Shown one piece after another: positions 37,287-46,004 of a stretch of DNA of 64,000 nucleotides (position 1 is its first letter; every line of letters begins with the position of its first letter). The notes beneath the pieces are model-generated. The model was given only the letters and a program-made list of their open reading frames with translations, searched no databases and had not been told where the DNA came from. Made by a program: the position numbers and the translations under genes. Origin of the DNA: a virus; the IMG/VR virus record IMGVR_UViG_3300036861_000507, positions 29,969-93,968 of that record. One strand, 5' to 3'.

Positions 37287-37901
37287 TTACCGTTTGCGCC
37301 TAGCCTTGGCGCGCTTCAGATAGTTGTTCACTGACGCGGGACTTATGTCGAATTTGAGCGCCAGCGACGACACCGTTGCGCCTCGCTTGCGCATCCGCAC
37401 GAGGGTTGCCGCTTGGCGCGCGGTGAGTTTCGGCTGCGCTCCGTACATGAAACCGGCATCCTGTAGAGCCTTGATGCCAGCCGACGTGCGCTCTGACGTG
37501 CGGTCCACTTCGAGCTGCGCTAGTAGCGCCGTAAGCCCCATGGTGAAGCGACCGATCGGCGTCTTTACTTCCAAATGCGGCTCTGTGATCGAGCGAATTA
37601 TGCAGCCGGACTTCTCGACCCGCTCGAGAAGCTTGTAGGCGTCGGAGGTGTTGCGCACGAGCCGGTCGAATTTCCATACCAGCAGCACATCGCCTGGGCG
37701 CAGGTCTATCAGCGCAAGCTCTAGCTGCGGCCGCTTGTGCCGCGTCGCGCTGCGCTTCTCCTGATAGATGTTCCAGCAACCGGCTTTCTCCAATGCCGCG
37801 ACTTGCATTCGTAGGTCTTGGTCGTCGGTGCTGACCCTCGCGTAGCCGATCAGCTTGCCGGTCTCCTGCTTCTTCTGCACGCCAACCCCAGCGGTTTCCA
37901 C
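37287..37901 (-). CDS. Serine recombinase (resolvase/invertase)
   Basis: IGYARVST..Q, RPQL, GD.L.VWKFDRL.R, C-terminal HTH. Confidence 0.92.
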   Translation of the reverse strand: METAGVGVQKKQETGKLIGYARVSTDDQDLRMQVAALEKAGCWNIYQEKRSATRHKRPQLELALIDLRPGDVLLVWKFDRLVRNTSDAYKLLERVEKSGCIIRSITEPHLEVKTPIGRFTMGLTALLAQLEVDRTSERTSAGIKALQDAGFMYGAQPKLTARQAATLVRMRKRGATVSSLALKFDISPASVNNYLKRAKARRKR

Positions 37902-37931
37902 AGCTCAACATCACATTTAGCGCAAATCCCC

Positions 37932-37962
37932 TTGACTGTCTAGTAGGCGTACGCTAGTTATA
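37932..37962 (+). promoter_or_regulatory. Rightward promoter with CTAG..CTAG dyad
   Basis: TTGACT-17-TAGTTA; CTAGTAGGCGTACGCTAG. Confidence 0.55.
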
Positions 37963-37987
37963 CACCATCAGGCACGGGAGAGACGTA

Positions 37988-38227
37988 ATGGACCGCTTCA
38001 ACGTCGCAGATCATGAGACCTTCGTACTTGTGACTGAGAAGACCATTCCGGGGCGCAGCTTTTTCTCATGCTTCGGCGCGAAAAAGGCGAGCTGGGGCTA
38101 TCGCGGCTGCGGCGTGTTCAGCGTTCCGAGCGGCGAGCGCGAGGCTAACGTCAAGGCTCTGCTCACCGGCAAGTTTCATCGCTATCGCGTGTTTGATAAC
38201 GACACCGGCCGCGAACTCACGATCTGA
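37988..38227 (+). CDS. Hypothetical protein
   Basis: GGAG RBS. Confidence 0.6.
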   Translation: MDRFNVADHETFVLVTEKTIPGRSFFSCFGAKKASWGYRGCGVFSVPSGEREANVKALLTGKFHRYRVFDNDTGRELTI

Positions 38228-38235
38228 GGCCCGAC

Positions 38236-38502
38236 GTGACGGAATGGAAAGACATCAGCTCATTCTCGCGAGGCGAGACGGATCGCACCCCGACCGTATG
38301 GGAGCTGCGACCAACACCATCCGTGCGGTTGACAGTTCACCGCCACATCTCGAATCCGGGCGCTTGGCATCTGTCGTGCGAACCGTGGTATTCGACCTTC
38401 AAGATTTCTGCGCAAGGTGCTGACGAAGCGAAACAACAAGCCATTGCAATGATCCGCAGCAGAGCCAGAGAACTGTTGGCTGAACTTCGCGAACCAGACT
38501 GA
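38236..38502 (+). CDS. Hypothetical protein
   Basis: EWKDISSFSRGE..VHRHI..W.LSC. Confidence 0.6.
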   Translation: MTEWKDISSFSRGETDRTPTVWELRPTPSVRLTVHRHISNPGAWHLSCEPWYSTFKISAQGADEAKQQAIAMIRSRARELLAELREPD

Positions 38503-38520
38503 CAAGGAAAGGCCCCGCGA

Positions 38521-38892
38521 ATGATGCAGCTATCCGCAGACAAGATCGCCATGGTGCTGGCGGAAGAAATCGGCATCGCGCATCTGGCCGTGAAGCTGGC
38601 CGAGATGGGAGAGCGCGGCGAGCTCGCGCCAATCCCGGCACCCATCGCGCGACCGATTGAGACGCATCCGCACTCGGGCCGGTTCTGGGCGTGGTGGCGC
38701 ACCGAGCGCCTGCAAGAGTGGTCATCCGTTGTGTGGAAGGACGGCGCCCTCTGGACTGCCTGTGGCGTTGCCGTCAACGAGCCAAAGACCGCGTTTTCTC
38801 ACTGGCTCCCTGAGCCGGCGCCGCCGGCCGTAAATGTTCCGCAGACGTATCAAGAGGCGCAAGAGGCGGCGTTCCACGAACGCTTGCCTTGA
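38521..38892 (+). CDS. DUF551-like protein
   Basis: RPIET.P..SHWLP.PAPP. Confidence 0.55.
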   Translation: MMQLSADKIAMVLAEEIGIAHLAVKLAEMGERGELAPIPAPIARPIETHPHSGRFWAWWRTERLQEWSSVVWKDGALWTACGVAVNEPKTAFSHWLPEPAPPAVNVPQTYQEAQEAAFHERLP

Positions 38893-39085
38893 CCGCAGGA
38901 AAGGCCGATCCAATTCCCGCAAGGGACCGAGGCAGGCCGGTTCGAGTCCGGCTCGCTGACCGAGATCAGGTGAAGGACCGGGTTCGAGACCCGGACGGCC
39001 GAAAGGCTAAGGGAGTGCCCCACCGTGGTATGGGGAGGTCTGGCAGGTTGTGGGTGACGAGAAATCGGAACCCTCGCCGACAACA
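38893..39085 (+). ncRNA. Candidate structured RNA with two T-arm-like hairpins
   Basis: GCCGG-TTCGAGT-CCGGC, CCGGG-TTCGAGA-CCCGG, TCCC-GCAA-GGGA, GGCC-GAAA-GGCT. Confidence 0.5.
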
Positions 39086-39089
39086 AGGA

Positions 39090-39320
39090 ATGCCCCGAGG
39101 CAAAATGACGTTCCCAGTCATACCCGCAGAGATGGCCGGCGCCGACGAGCAATCCAGCGCACGCTTTCGCGTTCTCGTGAAGTTCGATGGCGAAACAGAG
39201 ACGGTTATGGTGCGAGTGGACCGGCCCAAGCGCAGCGGTCTCGCTGACGTGGAGTCAATCATTCTGACGCCAGACGAAGCAGAAGCGTTGCGCATCGCTC
39301 TCGCGAACGCACTCGACTGA
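39090..39320 (+). CDS. Hypothetical protein
   Basis: IILTPDEAEAL..AL motif. Confidence 0.55.
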   Translation: MPRGKMTFPVIPAEMAGADEQSSARFRVLVKFDGETETVMVRVDRPKRSGLADVESIILTPDEAEALRIALANALD

Positions 39321-39335
39321 TAACGGAGCCCCGCG

Positions 39336-39575
39336 ATGCCGCGCCCCACAGTAGCAACGATGACATCGGGACAGCTCAAGCTGCACTTTGCAAGCCTGTG
39401 CCGGTATCACCACGCAGATGGCGTGCGCGCCCTCGGCCTTGCCCATCGCATATCTACTGATGACATGCGCACGCACCTTCTGGCCTACGAGGCGGCAGCC
39501 AAGGTCGAGGATTGGAAGGCAGCGGAAAATGCGCTGTTGCGCATCATGGATGAGATCAACCCCGCAACCGTATAA
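39336..39575 (+). CDS. Hypothetical protein
   Basis: GGAG RBS. Confidence 0.55.
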   Translation: MPRPTVATMTSGQLKLHFASLCRYHHADGVRALGLAHRISTDDMRTHLLAYEAAAKVEDWKAAENALLRIMDEINPATV

Positions 39576-39586
39576 CCGAGGCCCGC

Positions 39587-39853
39587 ATGCCGACCCGTGC
39601 TGACCAGCCGGACCTCAAGCCCTGCCCGTTCTGCGGCAGCGAGCCGGAGCTGCGTAAGCACAACAGCGAGGACTATGATTTCCGATGGGCTGACGTGCAC
39701 TGCTCTGTATGTGAGGCGACCATCCATCGTTCGGCCAGAAGTGAATTGGGCGGCGACCATGTGAGTGCGGTCGTGAGGCGTTGGAATCGCCGCGCAACCG
39801 ATGGCCTGATCAGCGACATGATTGAGAGCCTTCGGCGGCTCAAGAGCGACTGA
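39587..39853 (+). CDS. Lar-family restriction-alleviation-like protein
   Basis: LKPCPFCG..C..C..WNRR. Confidence 0.75.
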   Translation: MPTRADQPDLKPCPFCGSEPELRKHNSEDYDFRWADVHCSVCEATIHRSARSELGGDHVSAVVRRWNRRATDGLISDMIESLRRLKSD

Positions 39854-39871
39854 TCCGGAAAGGCCCGAGAG

Positions 39872-40111
39872 ATGACGCGCGTGGTGCAGACAGGTGGGAT
39901 GAAGGACGGCGACGTGCAGCTCGCACTCTATCGCTACTACGTCAATGCCCACGACAACGAGCTGTCCGAGTTTGGCATCACCCGCGACGACGTACTTGCG
40001 CTGGCGCGCGATCTAGAGGGCGACAGCGGCTATCGTCGCACTGAGTTGGAAACCATCGCAGACCAAGTGATACGCGCCTACATCGCGGGTCGCCGCAAAA
40101 CCAACAGCTGA
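39872..40111 (+). CDS. Hypothetical protein
   Basis: ORF before terminator. Confidence 0.55.
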   Translation: MTRVVQTGGMKDGDVQLALYRYYVNAHDNELSEFGITRDDVLALARDLEGDSGYRRTELETIADQVIRAYIAGRRKTNS

Positions 40112-40141
40112 AGCCCCGCGTTCTCCGGACCCCAGAAACGC

Positions 40142-40171
40142 AAAACGCCCGCCGGATGTCCGGCGGGCGTT
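40142..40171. terminator. Intrinsic terminator between convergent operons
   Basis: AAAACGCCCGCCGGA-TG-TCCGGCGGGCGTT. Confidence 0.75.
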
Positions 40172-40293
40172 GGCATATCCGGCAATGGCGGGGAAGCGTC
40201 AGGTCCACGGCCAGTGCAGGACGATGTAGAACGACCCCACCACGACGGCCGACAGCCACAGGAACCGGTCGTCCCAAATCCGCTCGATGCAGG

Positions 40294-40644
40294 TCATGGC
40301 AGCAGAACCCTCTGCAGGAGAGGCGAGAGCATCTGCCAGGCGGCGCTGCCGAGGCCCCACAGCGCTCCGCCCCAGGAGATCGCCCTGGGGAGAAGCCACA
40401 AAAGCCCGCGCCACAGGGGCGGCCCGATCTGCGCCAGCACCTCGCCGGCCTTCAGGAGAGCTTCCGGGGACAGCTTGGTGCGGTGCGAGGGCGAGCAAGT
40501 CCTCGAGGTCGTCGTGCCATGTGCGGGGCATAGGGGTCTCGCCTCCAGGGCCTGGATACGCGCTTTGAGCTCCCCGAGCGCTGCCGCCATGTCCAGCAGC
40601 TCGCTCAGCACGAATTTTGCCAGGGATTGCGACATCCATCTCAT
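40294..40644 (-). CDS. Membrane protein at end of lysis operon
   Basis: Coiled coil plus C-terminal TM. Confidence 0.5.
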   Translation of the reverse strand: MRWMSQSLAKFVLSELLDMAAALGELKARIQALEARPLCPAHGTTTSRTCSPSHRTKLSPEALLKAGEVLAQIGPPLWRGLLWLLPRAISWGGALWGLGSAAWQMLSPLLQRVLLP

Positions 40645-40671
40645 GCCTCGCGTTCGTGGTGGGCGTGGTAA

Positions 40672-40744
40672 GATTCGAGTTCAGGCCGACGTGGTGCCTG
40701 TACGTGCGTTGGAGAAAGTCATCGTGACGTTGGAGCAACGGAGG
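40672..40744 (+). repeat. 73-bp upstream element, copy 2
   Basis: 58/73 identity to 26563-26635. Confidence 0.75.
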
Positions 40745-40749
40745 CGATC

Positions 40750-40986
40750 ATGGAATGCTGGACAGGAGTTGTCGCAATCGCAGTTGCCGGCCTGCTCGTG
40801 GTCGCCCACATAACCCTCAGCAGATACGTCGCGAATCTGGCGGAGCATGTGTTGGCGCTTCAGGCGGCTAACCGCCAGCTAGGCGGCTTGCTTGCCGACC
40901 AATGGGACCGCGAGGAGCGGTCGCCACACGCGCCAAACAAACCGATGACCGAACCAACAGCGGCCGCAGGCGCGTCGCCCTCCTGA
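40750..40986 (+). CDS. Small membrane protein antisense to lysis operon
   Basis: N-terminal TM, GGAGG RBS. Confidence 0.55.
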   Translation: MECWTGVVAIAVAGLLVVAHITLSRYVANLAEHVLALQAANRQLGGLLADQWDREERSPHAPNKPMTEPTAAAGASPS

Positions 40987-40992
40987 ACCGGC

Positions 40993-41364
40993 TTACTTCA
41001 GCACCTTCGCGGTCTTGGTCCGCTTCGCTGGCGGCAGCCGCTCCTCCGCCAGGGTGGTGAGCTTGTCGATCCTGGCTTTGATCTCGGCGAGCTCTGCCAT
41101 CACCGGCTCGAGCGACTCCACCATGACCTTGATCGGCTGTGGTGCCGGACGGTCGGCGGCGAGGATCGGTCCCGCAGGCGTGGCGGCGTTCAGCTTCTGA
41201 TACCCGACCGCACCGCCCGCACCCACCATCGCAGCGACCAGGAGCGGGATCACCGTGTTGAGGGAAGGCAGCAGGCCGACCGCGAAGGTCCAGCCGTTGG
41301 CGGTGGCCTCGGCGGCGCGGGTGGCGAGCGACGGGGCGGGGGTCGGAGTCGGGGCGTCGGTCAT
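40993..41364 (-). CDS. Membrane protein of lysis region
   Basis: AAGGAG RBS, TM plus coiled coil. Confidence 0.6.
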   Translation of the reverse strand: MTDAPTPTPAPSLATRAAEATANGWTFAVGLLPSLNTVIPLLVAAMVGAGGAVGYQKLNAATPAGPILAADRPAPQPIKVMVESLEPVMAELAEIKARIDKLTTLAEERLPPAKRTKTAKVLK

Positions 41365-41684
41365 GGTGATCTCCTTGCTTCTGCTTCGGCCTTCCTCACG
41401 ATCCTGCGCGCCATCCGGCGCACGATCCGATTGGTGCGGCCGTGCTTCCAAAATGCGGGGCTGGATCGGCGCGGCGATGATGGGCATCCGTGCGTCGGAT
41501 GTATCAACGTGCCATCGCCTAACGATATCGGGAACGAATGCCCGACCAAGCCCGGATGCCTCAACAGATGGCGGCGTTTCTGCTCAAGGGAGTAGGACGC
41601 TCGCGGACATGTGGGCCTTGCGCAACGCGCCCACCCAAGGGGGCAATTGCACTTCTGTTCCGAGGGTGCGGACTGGTCGGTCAT
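41361..41684 (-). CDS. Hypothetical protein
   Basis: ATGA-coupled both ends. Confidence 0.45.
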   Translation of the reverse strand: MTDQSAPSEQKCNCPLGWARCARPTCPRASYSLEQKRRHLLRHPGLVGHSFPISLGDGTLIHPTHGCPSSPRRSSPAFWKHGRTNRIVRRMARRIVRKAEAEARRSP

Positions 41685-41932
41685 GACGTCGGCTTCGGCG
41701 GCGCGCACGCGACCTGCCGCTTGCACACCTTCGCCCGCCCGAGGTTGTTGGCCTCCACTTGCGAGGCCGTGCCTTCCGTCAACTGATCGTCCTTCGAGAT
41801 ACACACTGTGTGTACAGCCCGGCAGAAGGGCTCCGAGGTCGGGACCAGGATGGGCTTGGGGGCGGAGGCACAGCCAGACAGTGCGCCATTGAATGCGCAG
41901 AGGAATGCGCCTGTGAGCATTCTAGCGCGCAT
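41681..41932 (-). CDS. o-spanin-like lipoprotein
   Basis: LSGC lipobox after i-spanin-like gene. Confidence 0.65.
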   Translation of the reverse strand: MRARMLTGAFLCAFNGALSGCASAPKPILVPTSEPFCRAVHTVCISKDDQLTEGTASQVEANNLGRAKVCKRQVACAPPKPTS

Positions 41933-42200
41933 CGGTGGCCTCCTGACAGTCGCGACAAAACTGCGCCCTGAGCCGCGCGATCGAACCCGGCAGCGCCGCC
42001 GGCAGCCGTGCGTCCTCGGCCGCATCAGCATCGCGCCTGGCCTTCTCGGCGGCCTCGGCGTCGCGCTCTACATAGCGGGCGACAACCTTCGCCTCCCGGC
42101 GGTCGCCGATCTCATCGACGATCCAGAGCAGCCCGATGAGACTGGCCGAGATCGCCGCCGTCCACACGAACGGCATGATGCGGAAGGGGAGACCGATCAT
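41922..42200 (-). CDS. i-spanin-like protein
   Basis: N-terminal TM plus helical domain after endolysin. Confidence 0.65.
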   Translation of the reverse strand: MIGLPFRIMPFVWTAAISASLIGLLWIVDEIGDRREAKVVARYVERDAEAAEKARRDADAAEDARLPAALPGSIARLRAQFCRDCQEATDAR

Positions 42201-43279
42201 GGCGTGGCTCCTCTGGGCAGATAACGGCCATCTTTCGCTGCCGCGGCCAGCCCCTTCTCGATCTTCTTGGCAAAGTAGTAGGCGATGCCGATCAAGACGA
42301 CGGCGACCACACCGGTGCAGATCGCGGCCAGCAGGAAGGGATGCTGCTCTCCCCAGGAGCCGACGATCTGGGCGGTTCCCTTGTTCGGGTCGACCAGAGT
42401 TGCCGCAGCGCCGCCCGTGGTGATCGTGGTGGCGGTGCCTTTCCAGATAATGCCCTTGAAGGACTTGAGGCTGGTGGCGGTGCGGCTGCCCTTCTCGGCG
42501 AGGTCATCGAGCACCTTGAAGTTGAAGCGGTCCCAGAACGACGCGCCTGGTGTGTCTGACTCCTGGTCGCGGTCGGTTTCCGCGACTGGCAAGGATTGCT
42601 CGGCGGTTGCCAGCAAGGGCGTATCGGCGGTGGTCATGGCGACGACACTGACCGCGCCCTTCGGCGCCCACTCGCTCGCCAGGTCCTCGCCACCGAACAC
42701 ATTGAGGTCGATGCCCTTGGTCGAGATGCCCGGCACGTCGTGCGGTCCAGGACCGGCCCCGTCACCCGTGTATTGGTGCAGCCAGTACCCGCTCCAGCCG
42801 GCCGGCAGCTTCGGCACCGCGTTGTAGTGCGCGATCCAGAGCCGGTGCTGATTGAAGAACGCGTCCGGGCGTCTCAGCTGCTCCTTGATCAGGTTGCCAG
42901 AGTAGAGCACCGGGCGCTGTCCCGTCTTCTCGTAGACCAGCTGCAGGAACCGGCGGGCCTGCTTGAGCGAGCCGGTGCGGTGCTTGTTCTCCTCGTAGTC
43001 GAGTGCCAGCAACAGGTCCGCATCTGGCTGCGCCGCCTCCAGGAAGTTGGCGACCTGGGCCTCGATGTCGGTGTCGTTCATGAAATGATACGCGCCATAG
43101 AGCAGCCCGGCCTTGCGCGCGCGCTCCTTGCGCATGGCGTAGACCTTGTCGCGGAAGTTCGATCCCTCGGACGCTTTGTGGATCACCCCGCGGATGCCGA
43201 AGGCGTAGACCTCGGTCCAGTCCTTGACGTCCTCGCCCTGGTAGCAGTCCACCACCAAGGGATTCATCGTGTTGGTCAT
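42197..43279 (-). CDS. GH25 endolysin with C-terminal membrane segments
   Basis: HKASEG, GAYHF, ALDYE, LWIAHY, HQYT, IDLN; hydrophobic C-terminus. Confidence 0.92.
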   Translation of the reverse strand: MTNTMNPLVVDCYQGEDVKDWTEVYAFGIRGVIHKASEGSNFRDKVYAMRKERARKAGLLYGAYHFMNDTDIEAQVANFLEAAQPDADLLLALDYEENKHRTGSLKQARRFLQLVYEKTGQRPVLYSGNLIKEQLRRPDAFFNQHRLWIAHYNAVPKLPAGWSGYWLHQYTGDGAGPGPHDVPGISTKGIDLNVFGGEDLASEWAPKGAVSVVAMTTADTPLLATAEQSLPVAETDRDQESDTPGASFWDRFNFKVLDDLAEKGSRTATSLKSFKGIIWKGTATTITTGGAAATLVDPNKGTAQIVGSWGEQHPFLLAAICTGVVAVVLIGIAYYFAKKIEKGLAAAAKDGRYLPRGATP

Positions 43280-43525
43280 GCGTTGTTCCTGTGCGTGCAG
43301 GCTCACGTTCGGTGTGTGGACTGATTTGCGGGCGAGGTGAATCGCGAATTCGCACGCGCCTTCAACGCTTGCTGCGCTTCTTGCGCTTCTTCTTCGCCGG
43401 CTTTGGCTTGTCGTACATGAAGCTGAGGTCGAGGCCGGACATCGAGACCATGATCGTCATCGAGGGTGTTGCTCCTGTGGAGTGTGGATAACGGGGAACA
43501 CTCGGGGATTTTCGCAGCAGATCAC

Positions 43526-43563
43526 TTGCGCTGCCCACGACATTCCCGTACATGCGACGACAT
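43526..43563 (+). promoter_or_regulatory. Promoter of RHH/TIGR-Tas operon with ACGACAT direct repeats
   Basis: TTGCGC-17-TACATG; leaderless ATG 43562. Confidence 0.55.
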
Positions 43564-43753
43564 GAGAAAAACGGCACCCATCTCGTTTCGGATCACGCCC
43601 AAATTGAAGAGCGCGCTGGAACGTCTGGCCAAGGCCGACCGTCGGTCGTTGTCGGCCTACATCGAATTGTGTCTGGAGGATTCCGTCGAGCGCGCGAGCC
43701 GCTCGCGACCTGAGCACACGAGTGCGCGTCAGCAACCGGGGGACCGCCCATGA
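43562..43753 (+). CDS. Arc/CopG ribbon-helix-helix regulator
   Basis: PISFRITPKLKSALERLAKADRRSLSAYI. Confidence 0.85.
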   Translation: MRKTAPISFRITPKLKSALERLAKADRRSLSAYIELCLEDSVERASRSRPEHTSARQQPGDRP

Positions 43754-44670
43754 GCGAGCGCTTCACCAAGGCCGACTTCACCCGCCTGATCCGGCGCGGT
43801 TACGCATCGAGCGATCAGCCCTTTGGCAAAGAGGTCGCCACGCTTCTGGCGTGGGCGGGGTGGTTCGTATCGTGGATGGACGTAGGCGATGAGACGCGTT
43901 TCACGAGCCTTAAGAGAAAGATGCGCGAACGTCGGCCGTTCAATAGCGCCGACCAGGAACAGATCATCACGTTCTTCAGTGGGTCAGACCGTTACTCACC
44001 TGCGCACGGGCTCGTCGTCTACGCCATGCGGCAGATGCAGCAAGAGATCGACAAGCTACGGAAACAGCTTGTCGATGGGGAAGGCCACAGGATGGCTGCC
44101 CGCAAGGGCCATCCGTCGACTGCCTCCCCATCGACTTCCGAACGAGAGGGTGCGGGCCATGAACGAGGTGCCGGAAACGGCCAGTCCTCTTGTGCCTCGC
44201 CCTCTCACTCCCCTGAAGACGACGCGGGCCAACGAGATCATGCCGGCAATGGCCACTTGCCGCTTGCCCCGTCGTCTTCTCCTCTTCGCGACGAGCCGGC
44301 AATCAGCAAGCCTCAGAGGCCGATGCCGGGACTGGGTGCCAGGTTCAAGAAGAAGCCCAACCGCTCGAAGTGGGGAACGGCACGCGATATCCAGGGCGCC
44401 GTCTCCAAGAACCTGCGCGACAGCATGCTGTGGGTCATCAATGGCGAGGGACGGCCGATGCCTCTTAGGAAGGCGGGCTATACCGAGCTGGCATCCTACG
44501 CGAAGCAGGGCGGTGCCGTGGCCATCATCTGCAAGCAGGTGCACTTCCGTCACCAGCGCAATCCCAACCGCTTCAAGCTGTCTGTCGAACAGCTTGAGCC
44601 TGATATCGACGGCATGGAGAAGCGAGCCATCGAAGCGGCTGATCGTGACTTCAAAAGGAGCGCAGCGTAA
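43750..44670 (+). CDS. Hypothetical protein containing three in-frame guide units
   Basis: ATGA overlap with RHH and TAATG overlap with tasA-like gene. Confidence 0.7.
   Translation: MSERFTKADFTRLIRRGYASSDQPFGKEVATLLAWAGWFVSWMDVGDETRFTSLKRKMRERRPFNSADQEQIITFFSGSDRYSPAHGLVVYAMRQMQQEIDKLRKQLVDGEGHRMAARKGHPSTASPSTSEREGAGHERGAGNGQSSCASPSHSPEDDAGQRDHAGNGHLPLAPSSSPLRDEPAISKPQRPMPGLGARFKKKPNRSKWGTARDIQGAVSKNLRDSMLWVINGEGRPMPLRKAGYTELASYAKQGGAVAIICKQVHFRHQRNPNRFKLSVEQLEPDIDGMEKRAIEAADRDFKRSAA
44071..44279 (+). ncRNA. TIGR-like stem-loop array units 1-3
   Basis: GGCCA-N9-TGCC-N6-GGCCA-N9-TGCC at 44083, 44155, 44227 (72-nt period), each closed by its own stem. Confidence 0.88.
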
Positions 44671-45698
44671 TGGCCAAGAAGACCAAGCCGTCAAAGCCAT
44701 CCGCAGACGAGGCCATCAAGGCCCTTGTCCATCTAACGAAGCGGCGCAAGGGCTTCATCCAGTTCGAGAACGCCAACACCAACAGGGTCAGAGCCATCAG
44801 CGCCGGTGCACTCGGCTATCACTCCGACTTGTCGGAAGAGGAAGGCGAGGCGATCACCAAAACGGCGGCGGCGATCATCACTGCCTATCTGAACGACAAG
44901 CCCTTGCCGCGAGAAGCCGCACGGATCAGCGAGGATATCTGGGGTGACCTCGCTGCATGCAGGGTGATGCTGGAGCCTATTCTCACACGGCGCCACGAGA
45001 TCGAATTGCAGATGAAGCAGACAGTGCGCCATCTTCCCATCGCCAAGTGGGCGAAACACAAAGACCGCAATGGACTTGGCGAAGTCGGGCTGGCTGCGGC
45101 CATTGGCGAGGCTGGCGACTTTTCGCTCTATTCCAGGGATGGCCTGCGCAAGCGCTTGGGGCTTGCCCCATTCACGCGCGCCAGTGACGGTGTCACGCGC
45201 GCCTGCTCGACATGGCGCATGGGCGGCGGTCTCAGCAAGGACGAATGGTCCGACGACGACGAGACGGGCTACAAGGGCCCTGGATATTCGCCGCGGCGCC
45301 GCGCGACCATCTACGCCGATGTGCAGGACTCGCTGCTGCGTGCCCAGTGGCGTGGAGCCGACAAGCATCCGAGCGGCAAAGCCGGCCCGATCGGTCCGTA
45401 TGGCGCAATCTACGGGACTTACAAAGCCAAGCAGATCGCACTCAATGAGGCTGGCGCCTTCAAGGACCTCGCCGAGGCGATTGTGGCCTCGTTGCGCAAG
45501 AACGGCAAGACCGTGCCGAAGGCGAACCTCGAAGGCCGCCTGACGGCGAAGCACATCGACAATCGCGCCAAGCGCTACATGGTGCAGAAGCTCTTCGACC
45601 ACATCGGGTCGGAGTGTCGGCGGCGGGCCAGCGGAGTGGTGCCTGAGAGGGCCTCTTTCCAGTTGCCCGCCGCCATCGAACACAGGCCATCAGCCTAG
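44670..45698 (+). CDS. TasA-like Nop/IS110-related protein lacking RuvC/HNH
   Basis: Coiled coil, GLGEVGLAAAIGEAGDF..LRKRLGLAP, GYSPRRR, HIDNRAKRYM; no DEDD domain; flanked by dual-spacer repeats. Confidence 0.82.
   Translation: MAKKTKPSKPSADEAIKALVHLTKRRKGFIQFENANTNRVRAISAGALGYHSDLSEEEGEAITKTAAAIITAYLNDKPLPREAARISEDIWGDLAACRVMLEPILTRRHEIELQMKQTVRHLPIAKWAKHKDRNGLGEVGLAAAIGEAGDFSLYSRDGLRKRLGLAPFTRASDGVTRACSTWRMGGGLSKDEWSDDDETGYKGPGYSPRRRATIYADVQDSLLRAQWRGADKHPSGKAGPIGPYGAIYGTYKAKQIALNEAGAFKDLAEAIVASLRKNGKTVPKANLEGRLTAKHIDNRAKRYMVQKLFDHIGSECRRRASGVVPERASFQLPAAIEHRPSA
45619..45674 (+). ncRNA. TIGR-like unit 4 within tasA 3' end
   Basis: GGCGGCG GGCCA-GCGGAGTGG-TGCC TGAGAG GGCCT-CTTTCCAGT-TGCC CGCCGCC. 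Confidence 0.8.
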
Positions 45699-45714
45699 CA
45701 AACGGGAGGTTGTA

Positions 45715-45999
45715 ATGCGCAAAGCTCTGATGCTGACAGTCCTGCTGATCTCATCCGCCATGCCGGCAGTCGCCGACGACACCTATGTTCAGGGCTACGT
45801 GCGAAAGGATGGCACCTACGTCCAGCCGCACTATCGGTCCGCGCCGAACAATTCCAACAACGACAACTGGTCCGTGCAGCCCAACTACAACCCCCATACG
45901 GGGAGGCAGGGCACCGATCGCCCGACCTTCGACGACAGGCCGCCGCCATCCAACCCGTTCAGCTTCGGAGGATCACGGAACAACTCCGGCTATCGTTGA
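45715..45999 (+). CDS. Small secreted protein
   Basis: Signal peptide; V.GY.RKDGTYVQPHYRSAPN..DNWS..N.NP.TG. Confidence 0.8.
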   Translation: MRKALMLTVLLISSAMPAVADDTYVQGYVRKDGTYVQPHYRSAPNNSNNDNWSVQPNYNPHTGRQGTDRPTFDDRPPPSNPFSFGGSRNNSGYR

Positions 46000-46004
46000 G
46001 CCAT

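Noticed and set aside
41723-41735. 13-nt match to TnpB guide (GCACACCTTCGCC)
   Set aside because: No TTGAA TAM and the seed start mismatches
44670-45698. IS110 transposase or its pseudogene
   Set aside because: No DEDD RuvC domain or remnant; the gene is intact, coupled in an operon and has multiple guides rather than one bridge RNA
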